NCBI GenBank assembly: GCA_030141605.1
Contig: JAQGDQ010000084.1
Location: 434,001 to 498,000 of the forward strand
Direction: 5' to 3'
Length of the DNA stretch: 64,000 bases
Source of the DNA: Tubiluchus corallicola
Lineage: Eukaryota > Animalia > Priapulida
A model generated the notes under the pieces. That model searched no databases and was not told the origin of the DNA. It worked only from the letters and a program-made list of their open reading frames with translations. A program made the translations under genes and the position numbers. Positions 13,301 through 26,200 of the stretch are shown here, piece after piece (position 1 is the stretch's first letter; each line of letters starts with the position of its first letter).

Positions 13301-16300
13301 GCACTGTAACAAAGTACAGTATCACTTGTGTGAAATCAGCTAATGCAGAAAATTTCAACTATCCAGACACAACACTCTGATAAACTTTGGCTTCAAGTCA
13401 ACTCTGTTTTTAAGGAGAAATTTCTGTTAAAAGATAAAACGACCTTAATTTGTCATTGGCTGATCAGTTGGTTTTTCCTGGAATAGCAGTAGAACACTGC
13501 ACAGCTTGGGCTGCAGCAAGCAGGGGATCAATAAAATAGTGTGTACGATCACGCAAGTGTACACCAGACTAAGCTACTCAATAATCTAAATTGGAGTGCG
13601 TGAAAAGGGCGTGCTTTTCTTAATTTTATCCAAATAAATAACTTATGAATGTTTAAACAAATAGCATGATTCGACAGCCAAGATTCTCCTGAATAGAATA
13701 GTACCTAATTTTTAATAATTTAGTTATGTTTGTGCTCACATGGTCGCAGAAAAGTGGTAGGTCCTATAAGACTTATTTTGAATGGTGCAGTCCTTGAGTT
13801 AAAAATTGTTTTAGTTGTGATCATTTTTGCTACCTTGCTAGAGTCTCAAATCTTGGGAAATTAAATAATGTGTAGGACCATAGAGACAGGTGTACCCAGT
13901 TTGCATAAATTCTGTATTTACTATTATGGTGTTTGGTGATTTAAGCAGTGAAATATATTTCAAACAGGCCTACAATGAAAATCTTCTGTTTTCGTCTGAC
14001 TGCCCACGTAATATTTTTTTATCGCACACCCGACCTGGAACTTCTATAATTTTTTTGTATGTCCATGTACTTATCTGGTGCAGTCTTAAAAGCATATTTT
14101 TTAGTCTAAAACGTAGAATTCTATAATTATTATGACTTTGCTGTTTTGGCGAAGAGGCAGCCATGTTTTTCTATGACTCACTCTTGGTTGGGGTTGTCAC
14201 TTTGTATTATGCTAGTTATCTGATTGGAGGCTAAAAACTATCGTATTTTCCACCAAATCAGTGTATTAACAGCCAAGTAATGTTTCCGTGATTAAGCATA
14301 ATTGATAGAACACATACCGTACAAAAAGAGACTACATGATGATCTATAATCATATGATTGTTTAGTAAAGTGAAACAAAAAAGTAACAAAACGAAGCTTA
14401 AAATGTGCTTCAAAAAAATTAAAACATTACTGCTAACCAGTGGGAAATAAACAAACCTTGATATGAACTGATTTTATGTATTCCACAATTCAGCTTTTAA
14501 CAATTTTTTGGGGAAAAAATATTCCTCCCTCCTTTACTGGCATCTTTTGAACTCATGAAGTAAGGCGGAAACAAAATTTTTTGTACCAGTACTGTGTTTA
14601 TACACAACTTACGTAAAGAATTTTTCTGCTTTAGGGTGCATTTTTCGTGTTACCTGAACACCTTGTTTTTTATGTATTTACGTGTTTTTTGATAGCAACG
14701 GACAATGCAGATTTCACTTTTATTTGATAGTTTTATGAAGAACGGTAAATTTTCAAATGATTCTAAAATGTCTTTGTTTCTTTAGATGGGTCAGGCACTA
14801 AAATTTCAAGCAGGACACAGGCAACGATATGCTGTGTACACCCAGCAGAAGGTATTATAATACTTTCTTGTAAAATGTAAATAGTTAATTTAATGAGGGA
14901 CGTATCAAGACTTAAATAATTACTTGTGGTGTATAAGAAACACTATTAACCTAGTTTCTATGTGGTCACTATTAATTACATGTATTTGCATAGCTCTTAT
15001 ATTTAAGCAAGTTGCGCAACTGCTGGTTGTGTAATACCTTGCACCTGTTCGTTATGTGGCACTTATATAAAAGTGGTTCTCAGTAACTGTCTGTGGTGTG
15101 TTATAAAATATGCCCTTTACATGAATATGAAAGTATACACATTTTCCGAGGAGAATAAGAATTTTTTCTAAAATGTGACGCCCCTCAAACTTCTGCACCC
15201 TAGGCTTTAGCCTAGTTAACCTATTAGTTAATGTGCCTCTGAATTTAAGACTTGTTAACAATGTATGCACCTTCTGGGTGTTTATTTTGCAAAAAAATGA
15301 AACGTCTAATAAAAATTGATGGATTCAAAACAGTTGTTGTTTGTTCTATCAAGTGGTGAAGTTTATTTTTTAAAATATTTCTTTTAAAAAGCCTAATCAG
15401 GCTACGTGCCTGCAAAACATTCCGTAGTTATTTTATCACTTTCTACTGAAGTAATGTTAAATATTTTGAGCTTCAAATTTTGTGCATTTAGAGAAATAAA
15501 CAATTTTTGCTATTAAACGAAGTGCTTTTTTGTCACCAAGAAGGAAAATCTAAACAAAATTTAGCAAACTATGGTTTACCTGAACAAATTTTTAAAGCTG
15601 GAAATTAGTGTAAATTTTCAAAAATTGCTGTTTAATTTAAAGCACCTTTTCACTTACTTTTATTATGCCTTTATATGTTAATTAATCTTTACCGGTAATT
15701 CGTTTTTTTTAGCTTGCAGCATTTGGGGCAAAATTTGAATCAATGAAAAAGTGCCTAGAGACTTTAAGTGGGTATGTTTAATGACATTCTATTGTCTGTG
15801 ATCATAAATTATTATAACCGGAAAAATAGCATTTCACCAAAATGAAGTATTTGGATTTTCTCGCATTTTTTGAATATTTTTGTTTCTTTATTTATTTAGA
15901 GAAAACAAAAAGTTGGAAGAAGAAAACCGTTTGTTAAAAAAGATGCTTCAGCAAGGGGTAGGGCAGATATTAACTTTTTTTATAATCTGCAGTGTATGTT
16001 ATCTACCTGTTGCTATTTTCATACATATATAAGGATCCCGCAAATGATGTTAATGTTTATTGGTTGTAGTTTCTATAAGTGGCGATGAATGGCCACGCCC
16101 ACCATTTTAACAAGTTCCTTCATTTTGGTTACTTTAAACATACAAACCACGCGGAACTTGTTTAGTGATTGAAAGATGATACTTCAGAATGATTAAACGT
16201 ATAATAAACCTTTTAGTCCTTGGCATAAGTACCTGTCTTTATAATAATGTCTGTAAGATTTTCCCTCAGTCAAATGTAAATGCCATCCAATCTTATGTTT

Positions 16301-19300
16301 TGCATAGTATATAACTTTCTAGCAATAAAGAATACTAATACTAAATAATAATAATAAAAATTTATTAACCTGTATGTTAGTCTTGTGGCAGTAGTAAGTT
16401 TTGTTGTTCTATTTTTAATTTTGCAGGAACAACGAAAACCGCATATGATCAAGTGAGTATCAGTTCATTTTTAAATAGTTTCTGTCATGGCTGAGATGGT
16501 TAACCGTTTAACCGACCGCTCACTGGTGTAACCATTTAGAAAATCACTAACCGTTTAACCGACCACTAACTGGTGTAACTGTTTAAACAATCACTGATCG
16601 TTTTAACCGACCGCTAACTGGCGTAACCATTTAGAAAATCACTAGTCGTTTAACTGACCACTAACTGGCGTAACCATTTGGAAAATCACTAACCATTTAA
16701 CCGACAGCTAACTGGTGTAACTGTTTAAAAAATCACTGATCGTTTTAACCGACCGCTAACTGGCGTAACCATTTAGAAAATCACTAACCGTTTAACCGAC
16801 AACTAGCTGGTGTAACCATTTGGAAAATCACTAACCGTTTAACCGACAGCTAGCTGGTGTAACCATTTAGAAAATCACTAACCGTTTAACCGACAGCTAG
16901 CTGGTGTAACCGTTTAGAAAATCACTAACCGTTTAACCGACAGCTAGCTGGTGTAACCGTTTAGAAAATCAATAACCGTTTAACTGACCACTAACTGGTG
17001 TGACCATTTAGAAAATCACTAACCTTTTAACCGACAACTAGCTGGTGTAACCATTTAGAAAATCACTAACCGTTTAACCGACAGCTAGCTGGTGTAACCA
17101 TTTGGAAAATCACTAACCGTTTAACCTACAGCTAGTTGGTGTAACCATTTAGAAAATCATTAACCGTTTAACTGACCACTAACTGTATAACTGTTTAGAA
17201 AATCACTGACCGTTTAACCGACCGCTAACTGGTGTAACCATTTAAAAAATCACTGACCGTTTAATCAACTACTAACTTGTGTAACCATTTAAAAAATCAC
17301 TAACCGTTTAACCGTCACTTAGCCAAGTTTTCTATGTATTAATGAAACCTTGTATCTTTTCTGAATTGGCGTACGCAGTTAGCAATGTCCCACTTTCATA
17401 AAATTATACTATTTACAACATTGTTTCAGTTAATCTGGTTGCCTAAGAAGCATCTAAACAGTAAATTGCAAAAACTTTTTCTCTCGCGTATGTTAAGAGG
17501 ATGTCGCCATGTTGGACATTGTCACTGGTGCAAGCTAAATATGAACCGCACCGCTTACTCGTGCAAGTCGTGTGTATTCGATATTTTCTTACATGTATGG
17601 GGAATACAAATGTATGTATACATCATGGGGAATGGTTAACCGATCGCAATTAATAATGGTTAAATGGTTAGTTAAAATGCCTAACCATCTCAACTTAAAT
17701 TCTTAAATAGTAGCTTGTTTGTACACCTCTGTCTACTAGATTTGAAATTAATCCATTATATCAGGTGGCATGAAATATAAGCCCCAAAGTTTTCACTGCT
17801 GTATCATGAGAAAGAAAATGAGAAAGAAATAATTATAGGAAGAGAATATTTATTTCAAATAAATAATCGCTGGACAATTGCAGATGTGGAACTGCAGCAC
17901 CCTCTATTTTCACTCGATATTATCGATGATATTCAATATAATGTCTTTTTCTTTGGTTCGTATTTTATATTTTATACTTGTACTGAACCAGATGACGCAA
18001 AGGTAGTACTGTTTGCTTCACAGCCCAGCACAGTGCCCTCCAGCAACGCGGTCATGCGCACATGTCTGAGTGCAGGTAGAGAAAGTACTGTCGCTCACAC
18101 AGTTTGTTGTCAGTTGTCACGTGCCTACCGTGAATGGATCACAGCAACAATTTAGGTTATTAGTAAGCAAAACATTTTTTCTAGTTTGCGATTTTATCAA
18201 GTTTATGTATAAACTTTCATATGTTGTTTGTTTAAAATTACATGTTTGTTTGGCTTTACATAGTATTAAAACAATGGCTAAAAATTTTCTGAAGGAGCCC
18301 CCCCCCCCAGTAATTTTAGCTACGAGCCTCTCAATTCAGATGTGTTAGTTTGTGATGTACTGCACACGTTCGACAGCTCAGGTGAGCAGCAGCAAATTTG
18401 AAATTTGAATTTTTATCTTAAAAGTTGCCTAGTTTTAGCACAATACACTGAATGAATATCTTACAGTAGCACTGTACTTAAATTTTCGCTTTCGCAAACA
18501 CGTGCAACACGCTCATGGAATATTTTTGCCGCTGAAAATTATGTTAGTTTGTGATATCATGAATAATTGGGCTCACCCGCCAGTAATTAAGTTTTCAATA
18601 TATTATTTAATGATCTGAAATTCCTTTGCAGTGTTAACTGTCCTAAAACGTATACTTTTTATCGGACTTGAAAATAGTGTAATACATGAAAAAATCATCC
18701 TGTCTTCTTTTAGCTGGTATTAGTCTGGTTACAATCCAATTCTTATGTTTTCATTTTCCAGTCACAACACGACACCTGGAGTTTCAGTTTCACCCAAAGG
18801 TAAGTTAAATTAACGGTCAAAAATTTCCTGCCAAATGTGTTGCCTTTTGATGCGCTTTTATAGTTACTAATTACGAGTTTAATTCTTTTTTCGTTTTTAT
18901 GTTGTTTGAGTTTAGTATATGCACGATTAACGAAATGTTGAGAGTTTTTTTAAGAAAAGAAACTGTGCCAACTGCCAAGTGGGCATGAGTTGCAAAAGTT
19001 AGTTTTTTTTTTCTAAATCACTATCGCATATTTGATTGATTAATTTTCTTGGCAGGCATATATTATACTCTGGGCTGCATAATAGCAGTGTTGTCTTTCT
19101 AATCCTCCGGGGATGAGGATTTTCCGCGGATACGCGGAATTTCGAGTTTTTGGAACACCAGTAGTGCCATTTTTGTAAATTGCGTAGATTCGTTGAGAAA
19201 ATTTTTACGGACCCAGTACATTATTTCACAAACTGACCGCTAGTTGGCAGGCCGTCACTTTGTTTACATCACGTATATCAGTGTAACCACGTGTATATCT

Positions 19301-20152
19301 CTATGTATAAAAATATAGAATCAATTGTGCCGAGTTATTTGAGTCAATCGCAGACAGTTTTTATATACTTTTGCATAGGAGCGGCCAGTACTTAGGCGTT
19401 TTTGAGACAATTAGGTATCATGTATCCTTGATAGATGGGTATTTTAAATTATGCATGAAACAATGTAATTGATATTTTAAGTCCACTTAGAGGCTCTCTA
19501 TGGTCACGAAATTGCAATTTGTTGCCGGCTCCTCTTGAACTCCATTGGGGGCCTAGGTGGCCCCAAAACCCCCGACCTGTTTCAGAGTTTTTTACAATTT
19601 GTCATTTTCATCCCTGAATTAAGATCATTCCGGATAGGGACTATATTTGGGAACAAATATGTGTGTACACCTAATCTTGAATAATGTTTGAACAATTTGT
19701 AATTGTGACTACATATATTTTGGGTAGGAGCATAATGAAGATTGTAGTATTTGCCTACTTCATGATCTCGCTGTACTAGTTACATTGCTGCATTAGCAGT
19801 TCTCCATTTGCATGAATGTAATGGAGGATTACCTTAAGACCAGACGGTTTAGTCTCGTGGTAATGCATCTGCTTTCCATGCTGGACGTCGTGAGTTCGAA
19901 CCAGTGGCCGGGTCATACCAAAGACTTTAAAAATGGTACCTGCTGTTGCCCTGCCTGACACGTGGTATTTACGGTAAAAGTGGGGCAATAATAGTCTCTG
20001 TTATGTAGCGGTAGGTTGTTATTTACAGTCGGCGATAATGGCTCTTTGAGCTAATGTTAATTGTTGACCCAAAAGCTGACTTTAAATAAAGATGATTATT
20101 ATTATTATTATTATTATTATTATCACCATCATTATTGTTGTTGTTGTTGTTG

Positions 20153-20186
<34 letters not shown>

Positions 20187-20215
20187 CATCATTGTTGTTG
20201 TTGTTGTTGTTGTTA

Positions 20216-20249
<34 letters not shown>

Positions 20250-23200
20250 GCTCTATAAAGTACAATACCCAAGGTTTTATTATGAGTATGATCAGTGTCA
20301 ATGTACTTTCAGGTAATGTTCAATGGGCTTTCCCAGGTTCGCTTCCAACTGCTGCAAGTCCTTTTACTCCAATGGCGTAAGTTTCCAAAACAGGCTTGTA
20401 TTTTTACTAGAATTTACCGGTAAACATTCTAATTTACCAGTAAACACTACCGGTAAGATTACCAGTAAACATTACGAGTAAGATTAGTAATTACTCCAGT
20501 AAGCATTCTAATTTACCAGTAAACACTATCAGTAAGGGTATTTGTAGGTAAGTCATAATATAATTTTAGTATTTGGCGAATTCACAGCAAGGGACAATGC
20601 TATATGCTTTTATAATGTGTTATATTGTTCGGCTTATGTAGTATCTAACGTGTATTGCTTTGCCAATGTACATTGTATGTATTCGTGCAGATAAAACTGA
20701 ATTGAATTGAATTGAATATGCTATGAGAGTGTTGGAATTTAATAGAAATAGTTAATTTGTCTGAAGACACTGGAGAAAAGGAATTAGGGTACACTCGGCG
20801 CTTTTCTAAACAAACACTTTTGCTGGCTGTGGATTATGAAGTTATGTTGGGTTTTTTATCTACAGTGTTCTCAGTGTAACGCAGATAAAGAATTGTGGTC
20901 CATTTAATCAAAATACGTGTAATTTACTTCGCTTAACTTAAAAATGCAATTTATGCTCTAGAAAAATAAAAAGTTTCGTACAGCTCAAAAACAGTATCGT
21001 CTTCTGGAAAAAATCTGATGTCTTACAAGTCGTGCCCCCCCCATTATTTTTTCTGGAATTGGTCCTTCCGTGTTGCGTAGGTGTCAATTCTGTTTCACTA
21101 CATAATTTGTTATTCTTTATGTAATTGTCATCAAATCTCGTCGTTTATGTATAGAAGGGTTAACTTTCTGCCTTCTATTTAGCTCACTGTCTGGAGGAGG
21201 GGCTTAGAATTTCTATGCTGGAAAATGTTTAATATCGCCTAACTCAAGTTTTTTCGGTCTAGTTTTATATGAGTCATGCGAAGTTTATTGTGTCATTGTA
21301 TGCAGGCATTTTAATCTCTTTTGTTGTACAGCAGTGAAGCCAATTAAGTTCGTTCAAATAATTGCGTTAATCTTAATCTCTTGCAGGAGAGCAATGTCTA
21401 ATTCTAGTCCCTCCATATCTTCGTCAGTGCAGGTATGATTTTTGCTCAGTTAGTTTTTCAGAGATAGTAAACAAAAACAAACTGAAATTAATAGATCTCT
21501 AGCACAACAAGCTGCGGCACAAACTCACACGCGTAATTTCTTTGTCTTAGCGATGGGCGATTTCGAAATTTTCTAATTCGATTATATTTTTTTTGTTATT
21601 TATTATTATTATCACATTCAGTACAATATAATGACATTAAGCACACAGTGACATCAAAATTATTACATCATACTGTATCAAATTGTTATATTTCTACACT
21701 ATCGTTATCATAAAAGAATAATCGTACTGCAGTGGGCTAGAGAAGCAAAGGCTTGTATAAGCCCACTATCATGTAAACCCGATAAAAAAAGAATGGATGA
21801 GTGAGCAAAAAAAGAACTGGGAGAAAGGTTAGATCACATAGGAAGGGTAGAAGTATGTGTTAGTGGAAATGGTAGGAAGAAAGATAGTAGATTGTGCTAT
21901 GTTGACATCAGTGTTATCTGCATGGGACAGCAGCCAACCACGCCGCTGTCTGTGCTGGGCTGTGAAGCAGACAGTACAACCCTTGTGCTCTGCTTCCGTA
22001 CAATTACAGTGTTCCCTCACTTATCGCGCGTGTTCCGTTCCAGGCCCACCCACAATAAGTGAATTTCCCCGAAGTAGGGATGCTACACTTATTTTAGTAG
22101 TTATACATTATTTGTGTGTTGTGTATGAATCTCACGTCGGCAAGTAGCATCTCAAACGGGCGCAAGTACTACATTTTGTTTTTGGTGTGTATTCATCTGC
22201 CGAATAAATACACTATTTACTGTAAAAGGTAACTTTTTATGATTTATAATATTCTTTGAAAACCTGCAAAACAGCGAGTCTGCGATAAACGAACCGCGAA
22301 GTAGTGAAGGAACACTGTATAAAGAAAGAACTAAAGAAAAAAAGACTTATTAAATTGAATATAATCGATAATAGTGAGTGAGCGTAGGGGGTGCTGCAGT
22401 TACACACAGTACCTATACACGAGCCGCTACTGAAATCATTCAAATCAAATTCGAACCTTCGATACTGTGAATGAGTAGCGAGAATTTATTCTGCTGATTG
22501 TTTGTGTAAAGTGTAATATGATTGTGAAGGATTTTAGGTTATTTTATTACTTCAGCGTTCTCTCATTCTGTAAACCCCCTATACTGTCTTTCTTAACTGC
22601 ATTGTCTTGACTTGGCTTCTTTCTGTCATGCTCTACTGACAGAGCTAATTTACCTGGCTAGCTGCCAGTCTGTTCTTGGCTAAGAGAGTTTTTGTTGTTG
22701 TTTTGTCTCAGTTAAACCATTTATTTGTCAAGAGTAGTGGAGCCATGATGTAAGTTTATTCAGTCCCACTTTATTATTAATTTCTTTGTTTCTTTTTTGG
22801 CTCAAATTAGTTAATTATATTTTGTTATGATTTTTCTTACAGATAAAACATAATATAGCTACTCAAACATGAATTTTTTGACTTTGGGCATCATGAAGTA
22901 GTAGTCTGTCACAATGATGTTCGCTTAAATTTCATTTGAATTTCTTCTAATCTGTTTTTATTGTTTCCGATGCATTTTCATAATAAACTGTTCATATTGC
23001 AGGAGCACGGCATGAATACTTCACAAGGAGGAATCGAAAATAAATCCTCTCAAAAGAATTTTGTCTGTCCAAATAGAGTGTCTGTGAGAACTCCACCAAT
23101 AGATGGCAGAATGGGTCAGGCTTCTTCATTTTTGTCTTGGCAAATGTTTAAGTACAAGAAAACCCTTCACTTACATAAAGCTTGAAAAATTCATCTTGAA

Positions 23201-26200
23201 ATTTTATACCACTTAGATACTGTCCTTTTGCATGCAGGGCTTGCGTCGGAGTAACACTGTATAAAAAGCATGTAAATTTAAATTCTTGCAATGACCATTA
23301 GACGCAGCCATTTTGACGATAAGTCATTTGAAACAAGTTTAGTTAACATTGTGTAAATATTTACAAAACAATCAGAGCATTTGTAGCACACAAGTCACTA
23401 AGCAAAATTTTAAAATACTGTATCTTGTCAGTAAGATTACAAATAAGCTTTTTGATTAGTGAGTGGTGCACCCTGGAGGGTGAGTCAGCAACATTTTACC
23501 AATTTGTGAAAGCATTTTAAATTATTAATTATTTTCTTTTCTAGTTACATAAGTTTTTCAAGCAGGTAAGCGAAATGCTAAGTAATGTAGATTTGCATGG
23601 AAAGTTTTTTGGGTCATAATTCAACAGTATTGCGGGAGATTTAAAATGAAAACAATGTATTAATCCTTTCAACGCGAGTAAGATATATGCATGAAATTGC
23701 AATAAAGTAATATAATTTTTAAGGCAATTTTTGTGAAACCTACTTCAGGTACCCCTTTTCTTGTCCTTTTATGCCACTGTAGTGGTTAATTTCTTTTACT
23801 GTGTTCATTCAAAGATACAATGTTCTTCTTCTGTTTTTTCCCAACATTGATTGTTGTTAAACTGCCTGTTTCTTTTTCCTTCTGTGGCATCTATTTGAGC
23901 TGCTTTTTAGTGAAAAAATCACTGTTTATAAACTTTACGTAACACAAACAAATATAATAGTGGCAAACTAAAATTGTGTCCATCTTAAATGACTGACAAA
24001 TTGCGTCACAATTCATAGTTCACATGTAAAGTTGCTACTTGTATAAGCACTGTTTTTCTGAGTTATGTTATATATAAATATGTGTGTGCTAGCATAACAA
24101 ATTCGTCCATAAGTCGGTAATTAAGGTTTTCTAGTTATTCATATGCCTAGATTCATTCATTCATAGAATCTCCATTTCATGAGGATTATTTTGATACCAA
24201 GTTCATCACTCTATGTTGTTTCTAAGCTGAGATAATCCATGTTGAAATTGAGGTGCAGGCTGTGCACTGAAAAACATAATCTTGAGAAAAATTTTGTCAC
24301 ATATCCTGAATCTCCATTTGATGAGGATCATTTTGATACCAAGTTCATCACTCTGTGTTATTTCTAAGCTGAGATAATCCGCATTAAAGTTGAGGTGCAG
24401 GCTGTGCACTGAAGAACATAATCTTGAGAAAATCACTGTTAAAGTCAGCCATTGTTTTTTGTCGCGTTTCTGCTAAATACTTAACAACCGGACAAATGTT
24501 GGTTGCTACGGACTTTGCAAAAACACATTGATGTTATTCTTAAATCCAGTAGATGGCTCTTTCTGACAAAAATCTGAGCTTGGCAAGACAAAAAACTGGA
24601 AGCAAAATGACTGCTTCTATGAGCTACTATCAGGGTTTAAAAATACAAGTTTTTGCAATTGCTGTACTAAGTTCTAACCAGAGAAGTGTTATAAAATCAG
24701 CTTTTTAGTATTTAGTAACATTTTCTTGATAAATTTTATCCTAGAATATAAAAGTCCAATATATTTAGCATTTGTTTTCATAAAAAATAAATAATTGACA
24801 TTGGACCAAATTTTTGGTACATTCTACTTTGAAGTATAATAACGTAGTTTTAACTATGGCAAGTTATGATTGTTATTGGTTTGCAAGCACACATACGTGA
24901 TTTTCTATCTTCCATTCATGTTTTAGGTATTATCGCTTCCCAGTCGCCAACTAATACAAACCAAGCCGGGACAACTCCAACTAACTACCAACAACACATG
25001 GCTAACAGTTCAGGCAGGTTTGATAGAAAGTAAGCTGCAAATGCTTTCATACTTCTTTTAATATGCTCTGGTTTAGACTAGCAAGACTTCTGCAGAGCAT
25101 GTGCTTTCTAACAGGAGAAAGCAGTCGTCATAAATAAAGCTCAAAAAGTTCGTTATGAAATTTGGTATCACTTACGTGCCATCTTATTGCATGCAGGGCT
25201 TGCATCAGCAGTAACGCTGCATAAAGCTTGCAAGCGTAAATTTCTGCGATGACTGCTAGGCGCAGCTATTTTAACGATAAGTTTGAAACAAGTTTAGGTA
25301 ACATTGCATGAAGTTTGAAAAAATAATCAGAGCGTTCGTAGCGCACTCGTTGCTAACTAAACAAAAGTACGAATCAATAAGATCAATAATACGTTTTTTT
25401 TGCGAATTGATGGTGGTCACTGGGATAGTGATACAGTGGCATTCTACCAGGTAGGCGAAACATTTTAAATTACTAAGAATTTTCTTTTCAATTTACTTTA
25501 GCTTTTCAAAGAGGTAAACATAATACTAAATACAGTGAAACCTCGCTATAATACAAGGTGTGGGACACGACTGAATGTGGCACTAAAGCTGGGTTGGCGG
25601 TAAGGCAGGGTTCATTAAATATCAAAGCCATTCCAGTCTGTAATTTTGTTTCCTAGATAATTTTAGTATGTCATAAATAATATAATATTATTATACCTAC
25701 AGTAATACAAGTGTTATACTGTACATTTTTACAGCATTAAAAAAATTAATGCAGGTGTAGTTCTATGGCTATGCATTGCAAAACTTTCAGGTAACACAGT
25801 GTGGAGTAGTAATCTTATGAAATACTGATGTCTCCTGATAAGAGAAATCCAGGCAGCCCGCTCAGGCACCCAACGTAGCATCACTAGATAATTAAGACAA
25901 TGCAGCCGTTAAATTCACATCAGTTCAGTACTGAAGCTTAGTTACCCAACTCTTGAGGTCTTAAAATGCATGTTCCTTGCTCAAAACCTCAGCATTCACT
26001 TTCATACAGTCAGTTGCAACATAATTGTTTTTCTGTTCAGAGTTCTTTCTCTTTACAACACAACAGAAGCTCATTATACTTTATCTTGGCTGGCATTATA
26101 ATGGGCTAAATTTATTATGTAAAGACTTTCGGCACAGTAAATACAGCATGTTTATATAATTTGGTTCTAAATGTTTGATTCTTTGATATTACTTTTTTTT

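Noticed and set aside
16501-17316. CRISPR-like array
   Set aside because: Units are contiguous with no unique spacers, there are no cas genes, and it lies in a eukaryotic intron; it is a minisatellite.
19838-19910. tRNA gene
   Set aside because: A and B boxes are present, but there is no convincing acceptor stem or T-rich terminator and it continues into a SINE body.
20023-20380. Poly-N/Y/I/L ORFs
   Set aside because: Translations of the SINE-tail microsatellite; only 20313-20376 is a real RNF212 exon.
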